Assembly (NCBI GenBank): GCA_003558335.1
Contig: PWMA01000144.1
Location: 1 to 37,985 of the forward strand
DNA: 37,985 bases
Direction of reading: 5' to 3'
Origin: Candidatus Methanofastidiosia archaeon
Lineage (GTDB): Archaea; Methanobacteriota_B; Thermococci; Methanofastidiosales; Methanofastidiosaceae
Shown: positions 17,566-26,185 of the stretch, in pieces
Position numbering within the stretch: the first letter of the stretch is position 1
Layout of the letters: each line of letters opens with the position of its first letter
The notes under the pieces: generated by a model
Database searches by the model: none
Told to the model about the DNA's origin: nothing
What the model saw: the letters and a program-made list of their open reading frames with translations, nothing else
Program-made: the position numbers and the translations under genes

Positions 17566-19551
17566 GTGCCAAAGAGAAACAGTTCTCGTATCAAAAATAA
17601 GGAACTCCATGATAGTATTCTTGTAAAAAAAAATAGCATTTCCGAATTCATAATTGAAAAATTACTTTTTATCGCAGCTGTTTCTTCTGTAGTTATAATA
17701 TTTTTTATAATTTTCTTTTTATTAAGAGAAGGATTTAGGGCATTTGAACTTTTAGGGATTTTTAACTTTGTTTTTGGGCCAGAATGGGTACCCGTTGGGA
17801 CCCCTGAGAGATTTGGAGCATTTCCATTGATAGTTGGAACTCTTTTAGTTACTGTGGGGGCAATGATATTTTCTATACCCTTAGGTATAGCCGGGGCCAT
17901 ATTTATCTCTGAAATTGCACCTTTTAAACTCAAATCAATCCTGAAACCTACGTTTGAGCTACTTGCAGGAATTCCTTCAGTTGTTTATGGATTTTTTGGT
18001 CTTGTAATTTTAACAGACTGGCTGAGAGTTACTTTTAATCAACCTTCTGGAGATTCATGGCTTGCAGGCTCAATTATTTTAGGAATAATGGCACTTCCAA
18101 CAATAATCAGTGTATCAGAAGATGCAATTGCCTCAGTTCCCAAAGAGTTTAAAGAAGCTTCTTACGGTATAGGAGCAACTAAATGGCAAACTATTAGCAA
18201 GGTAGTTGTTCCTGCCGCAATATCTGGAATTACAGCATCAATAATTCTTGGGATGGGGAGGGCAATTGGAGAAACAATGGCAGTTTTAATGGTTACTGGA
18301 AACGCTCCCATAATACCAAGTCCAATCACCAACGTTTTCTCACCAATTAGAACTATTACTGGTACTTTAGGAATTGAAATGGCCGAAACACCAGTGGGCA
18401 GTATACACTATAGCTCTTTGTTTGGATTGGCAGTTATATTGTTCGCTATGGTTTTAATAATAAATATTGTTGCTGGCAGAGCAATGACTAAAATCAAAGA
18501 AATTCACCATCCATCTTCAAGAAAAAAAAGATTTTCTTTCAAAATATCTGAATCTCAAAATAGAGTAATAAAATATGCTATTTTGATAGCTTTTTTATTA
18601 GGACTAGCTTTCGAAATGTATATTTGGTTTAATTTAACTTATTCTATAGCAATGTTAGGCATGATTATATTAACTTATATAATCCTAAAAAAACTCTCTG
18701 CTAATTATACTCAAAAAATAGCATTTACAATAATCACACTTTCTGCAGCTTTAATTATTTTTATATTAGCAATAATTCTTTTTGATATTACTTCTAAGGG
18801 ACTTCCAACTCTAAGTTGGTCATTCTTAACTCAATATCCTTCTGACATAGGTAGGGCAGGAGGTATTTTTCCTGCAATAGTTGGGACCCTATATTTGGTG
18901 GCAGGAGCAATAGCATTTGCATTACCCTTGGGGGTCCTAGGGAGTATTTATTTGACTGAATATGCAAAAGAAGGCAAAACTACGAAAATAATACGCGCAG
19001 CTGTTGATAATTTAAATGGTACACCTTCTATCGTCTTTGGATTATTTGGATTTGCATTTCTCGTATTGTATTTAAACATAGGCATATCTCTTATTGCAGG
19101 CCAATTAACTTTAGGATTCATGATTTTGCCAACAATTATTCGTACTACCGAAGAAGCCCTTAGAAGCGTACCCAGATCTCTAAGAGAGGGTAGTTTAGCA
19201 ATAGGAGCGACTAAATGGCGCACTATACAAAAAATAGTATTGCCACCCGCTCTACCTGGGATAATAACTGGAACAGTTCTTAGCATTGGGAGGGCTGTAG
19301 GGGAAACAGCGCCTATATTATTTACAGCAGCAGTTTTTTCAAAAAGAAGTATAACTCCTTCCCTTTTTGAACCCGTTATGGCTCTTCCGTATCACCTATA
19401 TGTATTGACTACAAATGTTCCAGGTTCGAGGGAAGCATCTTATGGAACAGCATTAGTTCTTTTAATTATGGTAATTATATTATATGCAATTGCTACTTTA
19501 GTTAGATTAAAATATTGGAAAACAGCAAGAATGGGAAGCGGTTCACTATGA
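17566..19551 (+). CDS. phosphate ABC transporter permease, fused PstC-PstA
   Basis: Single 661-aa ORF. The N-terminal half has PstC features ([14 protein letters not shown]..., [12 protein letters not shown]). The C-terminal half has PstA features ([39 protein letters not shown]). Extra hydrophobic helices sit in the linker. GTG start. Confidence 0.88.
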   Translation: MPKRNSSRIKNKELHDSILVKKNSISEFIIEKLLFIAAVSSVVIIFFIIFFLLREGFRAFELLGIFNFVFGPEWVPVGTPERFGAFPLIVGTLLVTVGAMIFSIPLGIAGAIFISEIAPFKLKSILKPTFELLAGIPSVVYGFFGLVILTDWLRVTFNQPSGDSWLAGSIILGIMALPTIISVSEDAIASVPKEFKEASYGIGATKWQTISKVVVPAAISGITASIILGMGRAIGETMAVLMVTGNAPIIPSPITNVFSPIRTITGTLGIEMAETPVGSIHYSSLFGLAVILFAMVLIINIVAGRAMTKIKEIHHPSSRKKRFSFKISESQNRVIKYAILIAFLLGLAFEMYIWFNLTYSIAMLGMIILTYIILKKLSANYTQKIAFTIITLSAALIIFILAIILFDITSKGLPTLSWSFLTQYPSDIGRAGGIFPAIVGTLYLVAGAIAFALPLGVLGSIYLTEYAKEGKTTKIIRAAVDNLNGTPSIVFGLFGFAFLVLYLNIGISLIAGQLTLGFMILPTIIRTTEEALRSVPRSLREGSLAIGATKWRTIQKIVLPPALPGIITGTVLSIGRAVGETAPILFTAAVFSKRSITPSLFEPVMALPYHLYVLTTNVPGSREASYGTALVLLIMVIILYAIATLVRLKYWKTARMGSGSL

Positions 19552-20312
19552 AGAAGAAAAAATATGCTTTAGAATGTAAAAACTTAAATCTATGGTATGG
19601 AGAGAACCAAGCTCTTTATGATATTTCTATGAAAGTAATAAAAAATAAAGTAACAGCTCTTATTGGACCATCAGGTTGTGGGAAATCAACCTTAATACGC
19701 TGCTTTAATAGAATGAATGATACTATCGACGAATGTAAAGTTGATGCAGAATTAATCTTTAATAATGAGAATATATATAGCTCTAATGCCGATGTTGTAA
19801 AAATAAGAAGAAAAATTGGAATGGTTTTCCAAAAACCAAATCCTTTTCCAAAATCAATCTATGAAAACATAGCATATGGGCCAAGAACACACGGTGAAAG
19901 AAAAAAAGAAAAACTGGATAAAATTGTAAAAAAAAGCCTTGAAGCAGCAGCCCTTTGGGACGAAGTAAAGGACAGATTGCAAAAATCTGCAATGGGACTT
20001 TCTGGAGGGCAGCAACAAAGACTATGTATTGCAAGGGCATTGGCCGTAGAACCAGATATGATACTGATGGACGAGCCTTGTTCTGCACTTGATCCAATAG
20101 CAACAACTAAGATCGAAGATTTAATTGATGAGTTAAAGAAAGACTATACTGTTGTAATAGTAACACATAATATGCAACAGGCTGCGAGAATAAGTGATTA
20201 TACAGGTTTTATGTATTTGGGAAAACTTATAGAATTTGGAGAAACCCGAAAGATATTTGAGAATCCCGATGAAGAATTAACAGAGAAGTATATAATGGGT
20301 AGATTTGGATAG
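19548..20312 (+). CDS. pstB: phosphate ABC transporter ATP-binding protein
   Basis: [24 protein letters not shown] and [11 protein letters not shown] are present. I prefer ATG 19548 ([10 protein letters not shown]), which forms an ATGA overlap with the pstCA stop, over the track start 19515. Confidence 0.92.
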   Translation: MKKKKYALECKNLNLWYGENQALYDISMKVIKNKVTALIGPSGCGKSTLIRCFNRMNDTIDECKVDAELIFNNENIYSSNADVVKIRRKIGMVFQKPNPFPKSIYENIAYGPRTHGERKKEKLDKIVKKSLEAAALWDEVKDRLQKSAMGLSGGQQQRLCIARALAVEPDMILMDEPCSALDPIATTKIEDLIDELKKDYTVVIVTHNMQQAARISDYTGFMYLGKLIEFGETRKIFENPDEELTEKYIMGRFG

Positions 20313-20322
20313 GTTGAGATAA

Positions 20323-20973
20323 ATGACACAAAGATTTGTTCAAGAATTAAAAAAGCTTAAATCTGATGTATTGGATATGGCTAATCTTTCTAAAGAAATG
20401 CTAAACGAATCAATAGAAGCCCTTAAAACTCAAGATGTTTCTGTTGCTGAAAAAGTAATTAGCCAAAGGAAAGATATTAGGGTGTACGACAATCAAATTG
20501 AAGACGACGCAAAAAGATTAATAGCACTTTATCAACCGGTTGCAAAAGATTTACGCACTATAATAACAATTTTGAAGATGAATACGTATCTAACAAGAAT
20601 AGGAATATACTCAAAAGATATATCTAGAGATATTAAGGCAATTCCAAAAGATAATGGATTTCCTAGATTGAAAAGTATATGTTTAATGGGAGATCTTGTT
20701 TTAGATATGTTAGACGATGTAATCAAAGCCTATGAAACAGAGGATTTGTCTCTTATTGAAGATATGGGAAAAAGAGATGATACAGTAGATGATCTTTTTT
20801 TTACAATACTAAGAGAGTGTATATCTTACATGATTGAAAATCCTAACTCAATAGGATTTTATACTCACTACATGCTTATGGCAAGATATCTTGAAAGATG
20901 TGGCGACCATGTTTGTAAAATTTCAGAAAAGCTAAACTATATGATAACCGGTGAAAGAATAATTATTAAGTAA
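20323..20973 (+). CDS. phoU: phosphate signalling/transport accessory protein PhoU
   Basis: 216 aa. Two PhoU repeats, including LERCGDHVCKISEKL. Last gene of the pst operon. Confidence 0.88.
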   Translation: MTQRFVQELKKLKSDVLDMANLSKEMLNESIEALKTQDVSVAEKVISQRKDIRVYDNQIEDDAKRLIALYQPVAKDLRTIITILKMNTYLTRIGIYSKDISRDIKAIPKDNGFPRLKSICLMGDLVLDMLDDVIKAYETEDLSLIEDMGKRDDTVDDLFFTILRECISYMIENPNSIGFYTHYMLMARYLERCGDHVCKISEKLNYMITGERIIIK

Positions 20974-20985
20974 TATAAACGAAAA

Positions 20986-21001
20986 TCTTATAAGATATAT
21001 A
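20986..21001 (+). promoter_or_regulatory. TATA region (CTTATAAGATATATA) for tRNA-Pro
   Basis: TTATAAG is centred ~29 nt upstream of tRNA position 1. The same (C/T)TTATAAG box precedes tRNA-His. Confidence 0.45.
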
Positions 21002-21019
21002 CCTAAAGATGCAAATATT

Positions 21020-21097
21020 GGGGTCGTAGGGTAGCTTGGCCCATCCTTCGAGCTTTGGGAGCTTGGGACCTGAGTTCAAATCTCAGCGACCCCACCA
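21020..21097 (+). tRNA. tRNA-Pro (anticodon UGG), CCA encoded
   Basis: Folded by hand. Acceptor GGGGTCG/CGACCCC. Anticodon stem CGAGC/GCTTG with loop TTTGGGA (TGG at 21056-21058, G37). T arm CTGAG-TTCAAAT-CTCAG. Discriminator A followed by CCA. Confidence 0.9.
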
Positions 21098-21256
21098 CTT
21101 TAGGAGCGGCAGATATAATACATACTAATACTTAATCTTAAAATTAGATATTTTTTTAAAGCGTTGTTCCACCGAAACTCTTAAATATAAAACATTAGAA
21201 TAAAAAAATAGAGAATAATAGACATATGTAAAGATTTTTATTATGTAGGTGTTTAA

Positions 21257-22591
21257 ATGTTTGACAAACTTGTTAACTATGCCGAGACGAATAATCAAAT
21301 TGATCCTAATCTTTATACGAGATTTGATGTTAAAAGAGGATTGAGAAATGATGATGGGAGCGGTGTCTTAGTTGGATTAACCAAGATCTCCGACGTAACT
21401 GGATATGAAAAAAAAGAGGGGGTATTCACGCCTCTTCCAGGTAGACTTGCATACAGGGGAATTAAAATTGAAGATATAGTCGATGCAATTTCGAAAGAAA
21501 ATAGACATGGATTTGAAGAAATTATTTTTCTCCTACTTTTTGGAAAGTTACCTACGCGAGATGAGTTAGAGTATTTCAATGAATTGCTTGTTAACAATAG
21601 AGACTTAGCAGGTAATTTTACTAACGATGTAATACTTCATTTTCCAAGTAACGACATAATGAATAAACTTGCAAGAAGTGTTTTGGTTCTCTATGCATTG
21701 GATAAAAAAGCAGACGATACAAGAATTGAAAATGTACTGAGACAAAGCGTTGGATTGATTGCTAAGTTTCCCGCAATAGTTGCTTATGCTTATCATGCCA
21801 GAAGACATTATTTTAAAGATAAAGATCTTATCCTTAGGCATCAAAATCCAGACTACTCAGCGGCAGAAAATTTTCTTTATATGTTAAGAGAAGATGGTAA
21901 TTTTACTAAATTAGAAGCCGATACTCTTGATATCCTTTTGATCTTACATGCAGAGCATGGAGGAGGTAACAACTCTTCATTTACAGTTCATGTAGTAACT
22001 TCTTCGGGAACTGATACTTATTCTGCAATTTCTGCAGCCATAGGATCCTTAAAAGGCCCTTTGCACGGAGGGGCAAATAAAAGTGTCATTTCAATGATGA
22101 AGGACATTAAAAATAATGTCCGTGATTGGGAAAACGAAGAAGAGGTAAAAGATTACCTAAAAAAGATACTTGAAAGAAAGGCTTTTGATGGAAAAGGTGT
22201 TCTTTATGGGCTTGGACACGCTGTTTACACGCAATCAGATCCAAGAACTGTAATTCTTAAGAAAAAAGCGAAAGAACTTGCAAAGGATAAAAAAAAGATG
22301 GACGAATTCAAACTTTATGAAACTATAGAACATTTGGGCCCTGAAGTTTTCCAAGAAGTAAAAAAATCAAATAAGACAATAACTGCAAACGTTGATTTTT
22401 ACTCTGGATTTGTTTACAAATGCCTTGACATCCCTAAAGAGCTTTATACTCCATTATTTGCCATGGGCAGAATATCTGGATGGTGCTCTCATAGGATTGA
22501 AGAGTTGACGTCAGGCAGGAAAATTATTAGGCCTGCATATGCCCATGTTGGTACATTCCTAGAATATACAGAAATAGATAAGAGGATTTAA
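21257..22591 (+). CDS. citrate synthase family protein (citrate or 2-methylcitrate synthase)
   Basis: 444 aa. LILHAEHGGGNNSSF, GSLKGPLHGGAN, GLGHAVY and ANVDFYSG carry the catalytic His/His/Asp context. SD AGGTG. Confidence 0.88.
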   Translation: MFDKLVNYAETNNQIDPNLYTRFDVKRGLRNDDGSGVLVGLTKISDVTGYEKKEGVFTPLPGRLAYRGIKIEDIVDAISKENRHGFEEIIFLLLFGKLPTRDELEYFNELLVNNRDLAGNFTNDVILHFPSNDIMNKLARSVLVLYALDKKADDTRIENVLRQSVGLIAKFPAIVAYAYHARRHYFKDKDLILRHQNPDYSAAENFLYMLREDGNFTKLEADTLDILLILHAEHGGGNNSSFTVHVVTSSGTDTYSAISAAIGSLKGPLHGGANKSVISMMKDIKNNVRDWENEEEVKDYLKKILERKAFDGKGVLYGLGHAVYTQSDPRTVILKKKAKELAKDKKKMDEFKLYETIEHLGPEVFQEVKKSNKTITANVDFYSGFVYKCLDIPKELYTPLFAMGRISGWCSHRIEELTSGRKIIRPAYAHVGTFLEYTEIDKRI

Positions 22592-22628
22592 ATCCTCAAT
22601 ATATTTTTTAGTAATATTCTAGTTATTT

Positions 22629-24044
22629 TTAAAGATGGAATCTTACACACTTTATTTCAGTCATCTCTTCAACTGCATATTTAGGTCCTTCTCTGCCATA
22701 ACCTGAACCTTTAACTCCACCATAAGGCATCAAATCAACTCTGTATGTTGGAACATCGTTTATCATGACTCCTCCTACATCAAGATTATCAATGGCATAG
22801 TATGCATTTTTTAAATCTTGAGTAAATACGCCCGCTTGAAGTCCATATATAGAATTATTTAATTTACTTACAGCTTCTTTAAAATCTTTAAACGGTATTA
22901 GTGCAATAGTTGGACCAAATGTTTCTTCCTTTACTATTTTCATTTCTTCATTCACATTTTCTATAACAGCTGGCTTTAAGATTAGACCTTCTCTTTCCCC
23001 ACCACAGAGAATATTTGCACCTTCAGATTTAGCTTCATCTAACCATGATTTGAGTCTTGCTATTTCTTTTTCGTCAATCATTGGTCCAATATCGGTAGCT
23101 GATTCAAGAGGATCACCAATAACAAGATTATTTGCAACATCAACAAGCTTTCTCTTAAATTCTTCATAGATACTTTCATGCACGTAAGCTCTTTGACAAT
23201 GAATACAAACTTGCCCAGAATAACCAAAAGCGCCCACTTTTACAGCGGAAACTGCCTTATCAATATCGGTATCTTCATCGATTATTACTCCAGAATTAGA
23301 TCCCAGTTCCATTGAAAGCTTTTTTAAACCGGCATTAGTTGCAATTTTTTCTCCTATAATTTTGCTTCCTGTAAATGTAATTTTTCTAATCAATTTATTC
23401 TTAACAAGATAAGTTTCTGTATATTCGGCAGAACAAATAACTATATTCAAGGCTTCCTTCGGCAAACCTGCTTCCAGCATAATTTCTCCCAAAATTAGTG
23501 AAGTCAAAGGAGTTTTTGATGCAGGTTTGTGTATTACACTATTTCCTGCTGCTATTGCAGGACCTATTTTATGGCATACAAGGTTTAAAGGAAAATTAAA
23601 TGGAGTAATAGATAATACAATTCCCACTGGAACTCTTATATAAAAGCAATATTTGTCAGAGCTTGTAGGTGCAGCATCAAAAGGTATTACTTCTCCTCCA
23701 AGCCTTTTTGCTTCCTCTGCAGATAACACTATAGTTTCATGAGCTCTTGATACTTCGCCTCTAGCAAAAGAAATAGGTTTCCCACTTTCTAATGCTATTG
23801 TCTTGGCAATCTCATCTTTTCTTTTTAGCATTAATTCTGCTGTTTTTGAAAGAATTTCATATCTTTTATAGCGACTAAGTTCTTTCATAGTCTTGCTGCC
23901 TCTGACTGCCGATTCAACTGCTTCCTTCAGGTGCTCTGAAGATTCTTTAGATACTTTATCTATTGGTGTTCCTGTATAGGGATTTATTATATCTATGTAA
24001 TTTTTAGTATCAATCCATTTTCCGCCAACTAAAATTTTTTTCAT
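22629..24044 (-). CDS. NAD(P)-dependent aldehyde dehydrogenase (GapN / lactaldehyde dehydrogenase-like)
   Basis: FTGSKIIGEKIA, MELGSNSGVII, the catalytic Cys in GQVCIHCQR, and EETFGP are present. The track start 24053 is TTG. I prefer ATG 24044 (MKKILVGGKWID). Confidence 0.85.
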   Translation of the reverse strand: MKKILVGGKWIDTKNYIDIINPYTGTPIDKVSKESSEHLKEAVESAVRGSKTMKELSRYKRYEILSKTAELMLKRKDEIAKTIALESGKPISFARGEVSRAHETIVLSAEEAKRLGGEVIPFDAAPTSSDKYCFYIRVPVGIVLSITPFNFPLNLVCHKIGPAIAAGNSVIHKPASKTPLTSLILGEIMLEAGLPKEALNIVICSAEYTETYLVKNKLIRKITFTGSKIIGEKIATNAGLKKLSMELGSNSGVIIDEDTDIDKAVSAVKVGAFGYSGQVCIHCQRAYVHESIYEEFKRKLVDVANNLVIGDPLESATDIGPMIDEKEIARLKSWLDEAKSEGANILCGGEREGLILKPAVIENVNEEMKIVKEETFGPTIALIPFKDFKEAVSKLNNSIYGLQAGVFTQDLKNAYYAIDNLDVGGVMINDVPTYRVDLMPYGGVKGSGYGREGPKYAVEEMTEIKCVRFHL

Positions 24045-24143
24045 GGGACTCAATTTTATTATATTTTTTTCTATTTTAAAGGTTTATGTGGTTTTCTAAT
24101 AATGATAATCAATATTAGTTTCATTATCTATTAACATTATTGA

Positions 24144-24160
24144 CCGAAAGATTTATATAT
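24144..24160 (+). promoter_or_regulatory. orphan BRE/TATA-like element (CCGAAAG-ATTTATATAT) with no plus-strand ORF downstream
   Basis: TTTATATA (24152-24159) is preceded by a CGAAA-type BRE. The predicted TSS at ~24181-24183 coincides with the first base of hairpin 1. The TATA box is near-palindromic, so minus-strand use (a long ALDH leader) cannot be excluded. Confidence 0.35.
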
Positions 24161-24180
24161 TAGTTAATACAATAATTAGT

Positions 24181-24340
24181 TAGTGATAGTTGTCGGCATC
24201 AACTGTCACATATCAACAACGCAAAAAATGTCTCTTGCTGTGGAAATGCATGCGATTTTACTCGGCAAAGGCATAAGGAGCTCCTAAAGGATCCCCTCCT
24301 TTTTTCCTGAAAATGGACCCTCGGAGGGGATTCCCAACAT
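24181..24340 (+). ncRNA. candidate structured small RNA, unclassified (strand and ends uncertain)
   Basis: Hairpin 1: GTGATAGTTG (24183-24192) pairs with CAACTGTCAC (24200-24209), 10 bp including one G-U, with a 7-nt loop. Hairpin 2: GGATCCCCTCC (24289-24299) pairs with GGAGGGGATTCC (24323-24334), 11 bp with one bulged T. The region is visibly more GC-rich than the surrounding spacers. A T6 run (24300-24305) and a T-rich tract (24341-24350) are possible terminators. Confidence 0.3.
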
Positions 24341-24347
24341 TTCTATT

Positions 24348-25391
24348 TTATAATATTACTCTTTCATAATCCATTTTACCTATGCCTATTTTTTCTCCTT
24401 CAATAGTTTGTATTTCTGGATCAGGCCTCCCATCTATCATAAAAGTACTTTTATTGACATCATCTAAAAAAGCTTTATCAGCTGCAACTATGTCATCTGA
24501 TAGATATATTCCTGTATTCTTTCCAATAGTTCTTCCAGGAAACGGCATACAATCACAATACTCTACAATATTTGCGCCCCAATTAATTGATCTCACATTT
24601 TCCTTTCCCAGCACTTTATAAATACCTTCAACTGCCAATGGAAGAACTTGTGCAATTTTTTCAAGCTCTTCTAGTTTTATAGCACCTCTTGAACAAGCTT
24701 CCATACAAGCTGGGCAATGCATACAATCTTCTCTTTTTTCAAGAGAAAGATTTCTTTTACCATTTTCCATTAGAGGTATTTCTCTATCACAAACATCTTT
24801 ACAGGCATCACACCCATCACAAAGAGCATCATTATAACAAAATTTGACAACTTTGTGCATGTCCAGTTTTGATTTTTTAGTGACGCATCCCATAGCAACG
24901 TTTTTTATTGAGCCACCAAATCCTGTTAATCCATGTCCTTTACAATGACTAAACACAATCATCTTATCCACCTCTCTAAAAAGATTTGGAACAAATAATT
25001 CATTTAAAGGACTTCTAACTTTAACTGAAAATCCCTTATCATCTCCTAATCCATCTGCAACAATAAAAGGTGCACCGATATTTGCAAAAGAAAAACCGTG
25101 ATAAAAGGCATTTTTTAACATACCCACCGCAGAAAATCTGTGGCCACAATAATACGTTGTCGTATCTGTAAGGAAAGGCTCACAATCTTTTTCTAGAAGT
25201 GCAGATACTAGCCCCTTAATATAAAGTGGATGAACATGAGCAAAATTCTTATACTCGCCTATATGCAGTTTAATCGCAATTCTATCATCTTTTTCTATAT
25301 TATCTAAAAAGTTACTTTTTCTCAAGATTTTATTAAATTTATCAACCATCTCTAAGTCGTTTCTCCAAGGGGTATAGTATACTTTTGACAT
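24348..25391 (-). CDS. DUF362-type uncharacterised Fe-S protein with an embedded 2x[4Fe-4S] ferredoxin-like Cys cluster region
   Basis: 347 aa. The N-terminal AIKLHIGEY...HPLYIKGLV and SHCKGHGLTGFGGSIKNVAMGC resemble DUF362 (COG2768). CDGCDACKDVCD and CMHCPACMEACS are CxxCxxC-type motifs. Confidence 0.7.
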   Translation of the reverse strand: MSKVYYTPWRNDLEMVDKFNKILRKSNFLDNIEKDDRIAIKLHIGEYKNFAHVHPLYIKGLVSALLEKDCEPFLTDTTTYYCGHRFSAVGMLKNAFYHGFSFANIGAPFIVADGLGDDKGFSVKVRSPLNELFVPNLFREVDKMIVFSHCKGHGLTGFGGSIKNVAMGCVTKKSKLDMHKVVKFCYNDALCDGCDACKDVCDREIPLMENGKRNLSLEKREDCMHCPACMEACSRGAIKLEELEKIAQVLPLAVEGIYKVLGKENVRSINWGANIVEYCDCMPFPGRTIGKNTGIYLSDDIVAADKAFLDDVNKSTFMIDGRPDPEIQTIEGEKIGIGKMDYERVIL

Positions 25392-25445
25392 ATAAGTTTA
25401 AACTCCTACCTATTTTTATCATTTATCTCCGCTTTTCAACGATAA

Positions 25446-25455
25446 TTTTATATAT
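25446..25455 (+). promoter_or_regulatory. TATA box (TTTTATATAT) ~26 nt upstream of ATG 25477 (leaderless)
   Basis: Spacing and composition. No SD is present. Confidence 0.4.
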
Positions 25456-25476
25456 TTATATTCGTTATTTAACTAT

Positions 25477-26184
25477 ATGTTTGAAGATGCAAAGGAGCAG
25501 CTTGCTAAGATGATAGCTGGCGAAGTTGTTCTATCAGATGATCCAGGCCAAACATTAAGAAAATGGCGCGAGATTTTTGGCATATCTCAAACTGACTTAG
25601 CCCATCATTTGTCCATTTCCCCTTCTGTTGTAAGTGATTATGAAGGTGGAAGAAGAAAATCTCCTGGAGCTTCAACAATTAGAAAAGTTGTTGAAAGATT
25701 AATAGACATTGATATTGAGAGGGGGGGAAAGATAATTCACTCGTTTAGTCATCGATTTGCTAAAGATGTAATAAACGATGTGGTATTAGATCTTAAAGAA
25801 TTTTCTGTTCCAATATCTCCAAAAAAATTAATTGATGCTGTTCAAGGAAGTATTTTAGTAAATGAAGAATACTTGAGTAAAGAGATTCATGGATATACTG
25901 TTATTGATAGTATTAATGCTATACTTAATCTAAACTCTGAAGAATTTCTTAAACTCTATGGAGTCTCTTCAGAAAGAGCTTTAGTATTTACGAAAGTATC
26001 TTCTGGAAGATCTCCTATGATTGCAATTAAAGTACAAGGAATAATTCCATCATTAGTTGTGCTACATGGAACAAAAAAAATAGATGAAATTGCAATTCAA
26101 TTAGCCGAATTACAAAAAATACCTTTGGTCTTGTCCCCCATAGAAAATCTTGAAGATTTATTGCTTGGATTAAGATCATTATAA
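25477..26184 (+). CDS. XRE-type HTH transcriptional regulator with an archaea-typical C-terminal domain (COG1395-like)
   Basis: 235 aa. LRKWREIFGISQTDLAHHLSISPSVVSDYEGGRRKSP is an HTH_3/XRE motif. I recall this architecture as conserved in archaea. Confidence 0.72.
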   Translation: MFEDAKEQLAKMIAGEVVLSDDPGQTLRKWREIFGISQTDLAHHLSISPSVVSDYEGGRRKSPGASTIRKVVERLIDIDIERGGKIIHSFSHRFAKDVINDVVLDLKEFSVPISPKKLIDAVQGSILVNEEYLSKEIHGYTVIDSINAILNLNSEEFLKLYGVSSERALVFTKVSSGRSPMIAIKVQGIIPSLVVLHGTKKIDEIAIQLAELQKIPLVLSPIENLEDLLLGLRSL

Positions 26185-26185
26185 T

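Noticed and set aside
20974-21256. An integrated element or attachment-site duplication at tRNA-Pro, and likewise at tRNA-His (36655-36900).
   Set aside because: There is no integrase and no partial tRNA 3'-end repeat. The flanking genes are ordinary housekeeping genes.
24228-24287. A 19-codon plus-strand ORF (MSLAVEMHAILLGKGIRSS), and 18- and 22-codon minus-strand ORFs, inside the structured spacer.
   Set aside because: They have no SD, are very short, and have no recognisable features. The stem-loop structure is a better explanation of the GC-rich sequence. They were kept only as an alternative within the sRNA finding.
24054-24347. Known RNA classes for the structured spacer: C/D box, H/ACA, riboswitch, SRP RNA, RNase P RNA.
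   Set aside because: There is no RUGAUGA/CUGA box pair in the proper arrangement. An ACA lies 3 nt after hairpin 2, but the 23-nt loop shows no pseudouridylation-pocket or K-turn architecture. No TPP or fluoride core motifs are present. The region is too short for SRP or RNase P RNA.
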